Of a DNA stretch of 64,000 nucleotides, positions 13,679-21,600 are shown one piece after another. The stretch spans positions 62,001-126,000 of the forward strand of contig QPMI01000063.1 of the NCBI GenBank assembly GCA_004431415.1, read 5' to 3'. The position numbers and the translations under genes were made by a program. Source of the DNA: Cyanophora paradoxa CCMP329. Taxonomy: Eukaryota; Plantae; Glaucophyta. The notes under the pieces were generated by a model. It did not search any database. It was given only the letters and a program-made list of their open reading frames with translations, and was not told the DNA's origin. Numbering within the stretch: position 1 is the stretch's first letter; the number at the start of each line of letters is the position of its first letter.

Positions 13679-13749
13679 GTTTTTGGCTCAGAGAATAGAG
13701 CGCTTGATTTCTGACTCAAAACTACGCGGTTCAAATCCGCTCGGGAACC
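13679..13749 (+). tRNA. Degenerate tRNA (pseudo-tRNA; anticodon TCT/Arg or CTG/Gln ambiguous)
   Basis: Acceptor GTTTTTG/CGGGAAC (three G-T pairs), D arm GCTC-AGAGAATA-GAGC, anticodon stem TTGA/TCAA with 8-nt loop TTTCTGAC, T arm GCGG-TTCAAAT-CCGC. Positions 8-9 are missing. Confidence 0.6.
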
Positions 13750-14387
13750 TTTACTTCGTTCGCCGTGAAACTTGAAAAGTAAAAAAAAAAACGCGGTTTT
13801 TTCTAGATTAATGCTGTACCCGTCTAGAAAATCAATATTAACGTTTGCTACGATATCTCAACACCAACTTATCAAATCGATGCGCTTAAAACGTCATAAA
13901 ATCGAGCATTTCAAGGCGGTCACAGCGCTTATGAGCCATATCGGAATTTCACTAACTGTAACTCCAAATCGCGATGAAACCGATTTTGAATTTTGATTAT
14001 AAATTCGATTAAAATCCATTAAACGTGAGTTTTTAATATAGATCACTAGCAAGTTATCAAATCGATGCACTGACGGTCGAATATAATCACATATATCATA
14101 CATAACAATAACTTGCAATCACATATACGAATCTCAATGTGTATAGATCGCTATTACGATTAAAGCGAGTTTTGAAATTCAAAATTAATTCGATTAAATT
14201 CGATTATAACTCAAAAATCGCGATTTATAACCATATACTTATCGTTTCGATCAACTTATGATATCGAATATTCAACTATATTATATTGCTTCGATAACTG
14301 TGATCCCATCTATGATCCCATCAATCTAACACTGCATTTAGTAAGCATCTCCCCTTGATTCCCCCTATTATATTATATTTATATTTA

Positions 14388-14825
14388 AGTGGACTCAAGG
14401 TTGACTCATATTAATCGTAAAAGTAGTAAAAGTATATGGATTTTGTTACGAATTCAATGCAAGGGTTGACTAAGTGGGTTGAGTTGACTCAAATTTCACA
14501 GGAAATATTTGGGACCAAAAGTTTTCTAAAAAGGATTTCAAAAAATGTGTCAACTCCCCCCACTTAGTCAACCCTGACCATAAACAGTAAGGATTTGAGC
14601 TAACATGTATCACAAAGTGAACATTTTGAGTCCACTTAGAAGATCCACTTTTGAAATCAAAGTTGATTTTGCTTGAAATTTCAAAGTTGATCTAAAAGTG
14701 AGTCCACCCTGATTGATTATGGTAACAAAGTTGACTAAGTTGACTAAGTTGAGTCATCTTAAGAAATTCAAGGAGACTAAGAGTTCAAAATGTTTATGAA
14801 AAGTGAGTCAACTTAGACCACTTAT
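14388..14825. promoter_or_regulatory. Iteron/origin-like cluster 1 (GTTGACT / AGTCAAC / GAGTC repeats in convergent orientation)
   Basis: Many direct and inverted copies around AT-rich spacers; perfect 16-bp inverted pair GGGTTGACTAAGTGGG (14463-14478) / CCCACTTAGTCAACCC (14559-14574). Function inferred. Confidence 0.55.
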
Positions 14826-15100
14826 GATAACAAAGTTAAATATTTAATTGATTTAATCGGAAAAGAACATGATTTAATCGAATTTATTGATATAATTCCG
14901 ATTAGATTCATTTAGAATTCAATTAAAATCAATCGAAGTTATTGATATAATTCCGATTAACTACAATTAAGATACAATATCGATTAATCGAGTTTATCGA
15001 TATAACATCGATTAAATTAATTGAAATTGCATATAAAAATATGAAAATTCATGTGAAAATTCAAATAAATTAATCGATTTTATTGATATAACATCGAATC

Positions 15101-15173
15101 ACACATATGAATATTCATATTTTAATCCTGAGGCGGAACGCCGAGGGATTAAAATATGAATATTCATATGTGT
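15101..15173. other. Perfect 28-bp-arm hairpin 1 followed by GTCAAC (putative att/terminus site)
   Basis: ACACATATGAATATTCATATTTTAATCC (15101-15128) is the exact reverse complement of 15146-15173; inner GGCG-GAA-CGCC mini-hairpin. Confidence 0.85.
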
Positions 15174-15664
15174 CAACTCTCTTCATCAATTGCATACAAT
15201 GATGTCCCAGATACTCTACCCCAAAATGTAGAGGATCCTCAACGAATTCGCTTGTATGCTCCTGTTTCCCAGCAACCTTTCATTCAGTTCTTCAATGAAA
15301 TAACAGTTACACTTCTTAACTCTGTGGTTCCTGAGGGATTCCCAAATGAGAGAGTGGTTTATAATAATCAAGTTCCCATGGCTTTACAATCTCTCTGTCG
15401 TCCTGCAAACAATCAAATCGGTCATTATTACTTGTATTTCGTCCAACCTCACTTGCATTTCGGTCGGGTTATTGCTCTGTTGGAAATGGGGGAGCTGCTT
15501 CATATGATCTGCATGTTACTGATCTTGGAACCTATCGAATTCTGATTGTTGGAGCAAGAACAGATATTGCTGCTGTGTCTGCTCTTCGTGGGTATAATCC
15601 CAATGACATTTTGAATACAGCATTTTATTCCGAGCCAGATATTATAGACGACCCCACCCCATAA
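15156..15664 (+). CDS. Virus-type fibre-associated protein A (~169 aa after restoring one G near 15466); paralog of the C-terminal half of the next gene
   Basis: Adding one G to CGGGTT continues HFGRGYCSVGNGGAASYDLHVTDLGTYRILIVGARTDIAA...PTP* (TAA 15662-15664). This aligns with YDNFGIAY...FGIYKCILYAERTDAIA of gene B. Confidence 0.65.
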
Positions 15665-15687
15665 AAGATATATCTGTTTAATGTAAA

Positions 15688-16514
15688 ATGGCTGCCCCAG
15701 TAGAGCGAATTATTACACCCCAACTCTCATTAGCAGCACCTGCGAATCACGTTTTGCAGCATGCTACCTTTGATGATGTAGAAGGTCTCCAATCGACAGA
15801 AGTACAACCTACCATGAATACATTTGGTTCCACCCATAAACTGAGATTGCAGGAACTCAGATGTGATAAAAATAATGGAATAGTTAAGACAACGAAACTC
15901 CTTGTCACAAATGCAAACTTTTCTGCCCATTATGGAGACCCAGACAGTTATGGTGATCCTCTGTCTACTTATTCTTTTGAATCTCGGTCGGGAGCTATTA
16001 ACTGCAAAACGGGGGAGCATATATTGGTGATGGTCTTCGGGTTGGTGGAGCTGTTGGTGCGCCTCTTTTCGTAAATGATCAACCCAATCCCATTGATCCA
16101 AACACCAGAATTCGCACCTATGTCCCCAGTATGAATGCACCATATATTATCAAGATCTTCCCAATTGTTGTGAATGAACAGACATCAGTAGTTGATTCTC
16201 TTGTTGAAATTGGTGACCACTACAAGGTGGTCGTGGATATTCCACCAGATGTTTATGCTGTCTGTCAAGTAGAGGGTGGAACCCCAAATATTGCAGTTGT
16301 GATCACCCCATATGACAATTTCGGAATTGCTTATCATGGAGTGAATTTCGGTCTTGAAGATTACCAGTTCTTGGTGAGAGCCACCAGGTTTGGTATCTAC
16401 AAATGCATTCTCTATGCTGAGAGAACCGATGCTATTGCAAAACAGAATACATATGCAGAATATTACGGCACAAATCGCTACTTCCCCATTTTCGGGCAGG
16501 ATACTGCTCCATAG
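15688..16514 (+). CDS. Virus-type fibre-like protein B (~275 aa; ORFs 15688..16074 and 16131..16514 joined by one missing G in the run 16011-16015)
   Basis: The restored frame reads SRSGAINCKTGGAYIGDGLRVGGAVG, like the GAL-x2-GG-x2-IG-x2-L-x-VGG fibre repeat of phage and giant-virus proteins. It runs with no stop into MNAPY..., and the C-terminus has a P-x-Y...ITP...YAERxD motif seen in phage tail-fibre-associated domains. Confidence 0.7.
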
Positions 16515-16539
16515 AAATCTCAGGTATATATAGAGAGGG

Positions 16540-16812
16540 ATGGATGATAAAACAAAGAAATTCATAGAATCTGCAATGATGGTTCATGGTGATGCTAAAT
16601 TCGATTATACTGAGACAGTGTATAAGAAAGCACAAGAGAAGGTCTCTGTTAGATGCCTTAAATGCAACAAGATCCTGCAAACCTACCCATTTAATCATGT
16701 AAGGGGCAGTGGATGCAGAGAATGCAACAAGAAATCCTCTCATGCATATAGAAAAAAGACGACATCAGGAATTGTGATAGATGATAAACCAGTGGTACTG
16801 TACTTTGATTAG
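16540..16812 (+). CDS. Zinc-ribbon protein, DUF723/CapR-like repeat
   Basis: FIESAMMVHGDAKFDYTETVY...KVSVRCLKC...NHVRGSGCREC matches the F-I-x2-A-x2-VHG-x-K-x-DY...V-x-I-x-C...H-x2-G-x-GC-x2-C repeat common in phage/NCLDV endonuclease-associated proteins. No nuclease domain here. Confidence 0.75.
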   Translation: MDDKTKKFIESAMMVHGDAKFDYTETVYKKAQEKVSVRCLKCNKILQTYPFNHVRGSGCRECNKKSSHAYRKKTTSGIVIDDKPVVLYFD

Positions 16813-16958
16813 ATCTTTGAGAGAGAGATGAGGATCTTGCCCCATTTTCCCTTTGTGATTATGCATGTATCAAAACAGTTTGGACAGGTCTTATGGTAAT
16901 GCAGCAGGATGATATCCACCAACTCATAAGGTAGCACTCTTGCTAAGATGGTTCGCAT
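16809..16958 (-). CDS. Small 49-aa ORF with F-box-like and CxxC motifs (not in ORF track)
   Basis: MRTILARVLPYELVDIILLHYHKTCPNCFDTCIITKGKWGKILISLSKI*. It fills the gap exactly, its stop overlaps the convergent gene's stop (TTAG 16809-16812), and it is divergent from speD across 40 bp. Confidence 0.5.
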   Translation of the reverse strand: MRTILARVLPYELVDIILLHYHKTCPNCFDTCIITKGKWGKILISLSKI

Positions 16959-16998
16959 TCTACCAATCGCGTTTTTAATTTTTCTAAATTATTCATAA

Positions 16999-17400
16999 AT
17001 GAATACTCATCGAGGCTTCCATGTGATGCTGGATTACAAATTCAGAACCCAATTAGCAGTAGGAATGGAGGACTTGGAGACAACAACCAGGTGGTTAATG
17101 CAGTTCTTGCAAACTATTATTCAAGAGCAAGGTATTCGAGTAGTTCACAAGCATTGCGAGATTTTCGATGGTGGTATTTCTCCTCCTGGTTTTGCAATGG
17201 TTCTTCTGCTGGATGAGAGCCACTGCACTGCTCATTGTTACTCAAATGAAGGTATGTTGGCGATTGATATATTCAGTTGTGGATTAGAAGCAGAGAGAAA
17301 AACCACGAGAGTATCTCATGAGATAGATGAGAGAATAACAGGTGTGTTTTCAGGGTTGGAGAAATCGGAGAAACATAGAGTATTGCGATTTCCGAGTTAG
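16999..17400 (+). CDS. speD: S-adenosylmethionine decarboxylase proenzyme, prokaryotic class 1 (pyruvoyl-dependent)
   Basis: GFHVMLDY...GFAMVLLLDESHCTAHCY...MLAIDIFSCG: E-S-H self-cleavage motif and DIFSCG; 133 aa, intronless. Confidence 0.88.
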   Translation: MNTHRGFHVMLDYKFRTQLAVGMEDLETTTRWLMQFLQTIIQEQGIRVVHKHCEIFDGGISPPGFAMVLLLDESHCTAHCYSNEGMLAIDIFSCGLEAERKTTRVSHEIDERITGVFSGLEKSEKHRVLRFPS

Positions 17401-17450
17401 TTGACACTGAGAAATTCAGAATTTCAGATGGGCTTACTGAAAATGGTGTA

Positions 17451-17665
17451 GTAGGCACTTTAAAATCGAAGTAGGCACTTTTTAATTGAAGTTAGGCACT
17501 TTTAATTGACGTTAGGCACTTAGGCACCTTTTCTGGAAATTCTCTATAAAAACTAAAATCAACGTTTTGAAAAACACAAGTTGATGTATTTGGGACTTCT
17601 TTTTAATTCTCGATTAAGAAGTGCCTAACCGCCTAAACCGCCTACCAAAGATGCCTACTTCGATT
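17451..17665. promoter_or_regulatory. Iteron/origin-like cluster 2 (TAGGCAC direct repeats facing inverted GCCTA repeats)
   Basis: TAGGCACTT near 17452, 17472, 17493 and 17513 (20-21-bp period) plus TAGGCAC at 17521; AT-rich gap; inverted AAGTGCCTAA/CCGCCTA/ATGCCTACTTCG at 17619-17662. Confidence 0.55.
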
Positions 17666-17981
17666 GATCGATCGGAGACCATGCAACTCTGTGACAATTT
17701 TTCGAAGAGAAAATGCCCATCCCCAATCTTCTCAATTGTTTAATTGGAGACCATGCAACTCTGTGACACTTTTTCAATGCAAAAATGTACATCAGCAATC
17801 TCATCGATTGTTTAATTGGACATAATGCAGTACCGATATATTCCAATAGAAAATCCCGCAATCTAATCGATTGTTTAATTGGAGATAATGCAACTCTGTG
17901 ACACTTTTTGGGTGCAAAAATGTACATCCGCAATCCATCGATTGTTTAATTGGACATAATGCAACTCTGTGACACTTTTTG
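17661..17981. repeat. ~72-bp tandem repeat, ~4.6 copies
   Basis: Units start at 17661, 17733, 17805, 17868 and 17939 (CGATTGTTTAATTGGA...ATGCAACTCTGTGACACTTTTT). Confidence 0.85.
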
Positions 17982-18300
17982 CGTTTTTCGATACAGAATG
18001 GGCGGTGGTCTACTTCAATACCAAAGAGATATATCGAGTTTATGCGAATTTATGCGAATTTATGCGAATTAATCGCGATTATATCGTTCTTTAAGTAGTT
18101 TAATGTTAATCAATCGAAGTTATATATGTAATCGACAAAGAACATATTATATCGATATAATATCGATTGAATCAATCGTGAATATGCATTAAATTAAACG
18201 CGTTTATCATTTTTAATACAAAGTTTGCATTATTTTATACAAAGTTTGCATAAAAAGTTAAAGAAATTAATCGATAAATATGTATTTTAGTATTAAATTA

Positions 18301-18395
18301 ACACATATTGAAAAACGAATTTAAATCCAGAGTGAATCGAGATCGCGAAGCGATCGAGATGAACGAGGGATTTAAATTCGTTTTTCAATATGTGT
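18301..18395. other. Perfect 28-bp-arm hairpin 2 followed by GTCAAC; right boundary of island
   Basis: ACACATATTGAAAAACGAATTTAAATCC (18301-18328) is the exact reverse complement of 18368-18395; inner GATCGC-GAA-GCGATC. Confidence 0.85.
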
Positions 18396-18610
18396 CAACG
18401 TCGACTCGACGACCGTTACGACCCCGAAACCCGGACCCAAGAGGTTTGGGGGTACATACAACTCACGCCAGCTGTCTTGCAAGCTGCATGCGCCGCTGCA
18501 CTGCGGCTACAGTGCTGGAATCAGCAGCTGGATCCGATGATCTAGATTCTAGAAGCCCAACTGCTGCCCAAGCCCCAGAGTCCAGACTCTGCCAGGCTGT
18601 AGGCGGCGGT
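18394..18610 (+). repeat. ~200-bp host repeat, direct copy at 24982-25179
   Basis: GTCAACGTCGACTCGACGACCGTTACG...GTAGGCGGCGGT in both; the second copy lacks two short internal segments. Confidence 0.9.
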
Positions 18611-21600
18611 CACTAGTAAAAAGGGGTCCGAACTGATCGAATTGCGACCTAATTACGACCTAATTTATTAGATCGGAGTTCGGTCGGCCCGGCGATCTAA
18701 TACGGATCTAATTGCAATTAGGTCGGAGTTAGGTCGGAGCTTGCGCCGCCTATAGCTTATAGCTTATCCCTATAGAGCTATAGAGCTTAGCCCTTAGGCG
18801 TCCCTTATAATTAGAGCTAGCCCTAGGCGAGCGCTAGCCCGCCCGGCCCCGGCCCCCCCGCCCCGCCCCTAGCTATAGAGCTCATGCTCATCATATATAT
18901 AGACATCTATATGAGAAGCACTGTTCTATATCTAAACATGCAGCGGCGAGTGGGCAGAGGCCTAGGAGCGCCACGGCCCAGAGGGTTCTCCAGGAGATAT
19001 TCCGGGCCCGCGCTCCTCGCAGGACGCGGCGCCGGACGCCGCGCTCGGCGTGCCGCGCGGAGCTGCCCGCCGCCGCCGCCGGGCCGAGAAGCCCGTCCTA
19101 GGAGATAATGTCAGAATAAGGTCAGACGAGGGGTGTTCGGATGGGGGCGATCTGAAGGTGTGCAGCAGCGCGTATTGAAGAGTCATCTAAGATCATTTAT
19201 AAGGTTTAAGAGCGGCGGCGTGGCCTGGCGAGCGCGCACCAGAAAAGCCCGCAGCTCCGCACCAGAAAAGCGCGCACCCAATACGCCCGGAGCTCCTCAG
19301 CCTTTTCGCGTGGGGAGCTCGCCTGCGAGATCTGCGAGTTCCGGGATCGGGGTTAGATGCAGGCTAGTGCGCGGGGAAAGAGAGCGGACCCGCCGCAGCG
19401 ATTCCCGTTGCCCAGCGGCCCGGCAACGGTGCCAGGAAGTCGTCTCTAAAAGTGAGCTGCCGGGCCCTAAACTATGATCATTTAACTCGTATCCCTTTAT
19501 AAACCCCCGTGGTCGGCCGAAAGTCGGGTCTCCCTCCCCTAGGGACCCCTCGAACCTGGGCGAGCTCGGCGACGGGATGGTCGTGGAGCCGAGGAAGGCC
19601 GCCCGCGAGGGGGGAAGGAGCGGCGGAGGACCCGCTCCCGCGCGGCCGTTTCGCGAGCATCTGAGGCGAGGATCACGGCAATGCGCAGCGATTGGGCGGG
19701 AGCGCACGGGTGCGGCGTGCGGATCGGATTGTTTGCACCTTCGAGAGCGCACGACGCACCGCGAAGGCGCAACGCTCTGCAACATCTCTCTGTTCGATCT
19801 TGTTGCAGGCGAGCCGCGCCCTCTGCCGCGCCGCACCCAAGCGCCGACCCCCGCCGCAGTTTCAAGGCCGCGCGGCCGCACGCCGGCCGACCTGTGCGAA
19901 ACAGCGTCGGGTCGGGCTGAGAGCATGCAAGTGGCATTCTTACATCGACGCAAGATCCCTGTGATGTAAAGCGGGGAGCCGCGCCGAGCCTGGGCCCGGA
20001 TGAGCAAGTTCTCCCGAGGTCGGCGCAGCTGGAGAACGCAACGGGAGCTCTCGGGGACCGATCCAGCGCACCAAGCATCCCACGTAGCTCTCGGTACGCT
20101 GCTGGGCGCGAGCGGCCTGCCGCGATGTCGCACTTATCTGGGCGACGTCGCCTACGGCGGCTGCGGCGACGGCGGCGCTCCCCACTTGTCATAGCTAGTG
20201 TCTCCAGTGCATAGCTGCGCTCGCCGCTTGTCTTGCATACCTCAAGCTTGCAGCGAGGTCTTCCCGCTGGGGTACCGATTTTGGCTGGGGTACACAAACC
20301 GCAAATATCGAAGCCCACGCAGCCCGCTTCTGCCTTGCGGCACCCGCGGGCGAGTGGAGCGTGCAGCAGCGATCTCTCTAGTGTTGTGCGCACCTCGTAC
20401 GCGTGCAGGTCGGCAGCGAGAGCGGGCTGCGAGCGGATTTCGTCGAATCAAGTCCGAGGCCCGCCTCCCGCGAGCTGCCGGCCTCTCGGCACACTCGTTG
20501 CTGATCAGGAAGCTCTAGGAAGCGGGCAGCTTCCGCCCGGAGCCCCGAACGGCATTGTCCGCAGCCCGCCAGGTCCAATCCGCGGAACGCGGCTAAACTC
20601 GTGCTCTCGGACGCGCTGCGGTCGCTCTGTGGGCTATTCTTGCTAATCTTCTCACGCAGGAGTGCTTGACGGGCCTGTGCTCTCGCTACCGCCGGGGCCC
20701 GCTCGCCCTCTCTGACTCGCAGCCCCAGATCTTTGCCTGCCTCGAGGCGTGCAGCCCCGCGCGACTTCGCCTCGCGATCCTCGATGATGGTACGCTCTCC
20801 TCCCGGCCGGCCGCTCGCCGGCGCCGGATCCCCGCCGGGGCCCGCTCGCCCTCTCTGACTCGCGGCCGCAGATCTTTGCCTGCCTCGATGCGTGCAGCCC
20901 CGCGCGACTTCGCCTCGCGATCCTTGATGAAGGTACGCTCTCCTCCCGGCCGGCCGCTCGCCGGCGCCGGATCCCCGCCGGGGCCCGCTCGCCCTCTCTG
21001 ACTCGCGGCCCCAGATCTTTGCCTGCCTCGAGGCGTGCAGCCCCGCGCGACTTCGCCTCGCGATCCTCGATGATGGTACGCTCTCCTCCCGGCCGGCCGC
21101 TCGCCGGCGCCCGATCCCCGCCGGGGCCCGCTCGCCCTCTCTGACTCGCGGCCCCAGATCTTTGCCTGCCTCGAGGCGTGCAGCCCCGCGCGACTTCGCC
21201 TCGCGATCCTTGATGAAGGTACGCTCTCCTCCCGGCCGGCCGCTCGCCGGCGCCGGATCCCCGCCGGGGCCCGCTCGCCCTCTCTGACTCGCGGCCCCAG
21301 ATCTTTGCCTGCCTCGAGGCGTGCAGCCCCGCGCGACTTCGCCTCGCGATCCTCGATGATGGTACGCTCTCCTCCCGGCCGGCCGCTCGCCGGCGCCGGA
21401 TCCCCGCCGGGGCCCGCTCGCCCTCTCTGACTCGCGGCCGCAGATCTTTGCCTGCCTCGAGGCGTGCAGCCCCGCGCGACTTCGCCTCGCGATCCTTGAT
21501 GAAGGTACGCTCTCCTCCCGGCCGGCCGCTCGCCGGCGCCGGATCCCCGCCGGGGCCCGCTCGCCCTCTCTGACTCGCGGCCCCAGATCTTTGCCTGCCT

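Larger units (their letters stand above)
13253..18395. mobile_element. AT-rich virus-like integrated island (endogenous dsDNA virus, satellite or mini-replicon fragment)
   Basis: Abrupt compositional shift; densely packed intronless ORFs with virus/prokaryote-type motifs. The left edge is the exact end of the duplication (copy 2 continues differently at 40723). The right edge is where a host repeat (also at 24982) resumes. Confidence 0.85.

Noticed and set aside
2460-16015. Programmed frameshifting or phase variation at G/C runs
   Set aside because: Indels are single-base losses in homopolymers, differ between otherwise identical copies and occur in host, island and satellite alike; sequencing error is more parsimonious, pending short-read polishing.
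17655-17981. CRISPR-like array or 92-aa repeat protein
   Set aside because: Inter-repeat segments are homologous to each other, and one unit is 71 bp, which breaks the frame.
15101-18395. Classical integron attC sites or a complete Polinton/virophage
   Set aside because: No RYYYAAC/GTTRRRY boxes or intI; no long TIRs, pPolB, packaging ATPase, capsid or integrase recognisable.
18750-18885. Telomeric repeats
   Set aside because: Only scattered CCCTAG/TATAGAGC words, with no regular tandem telomere unit.
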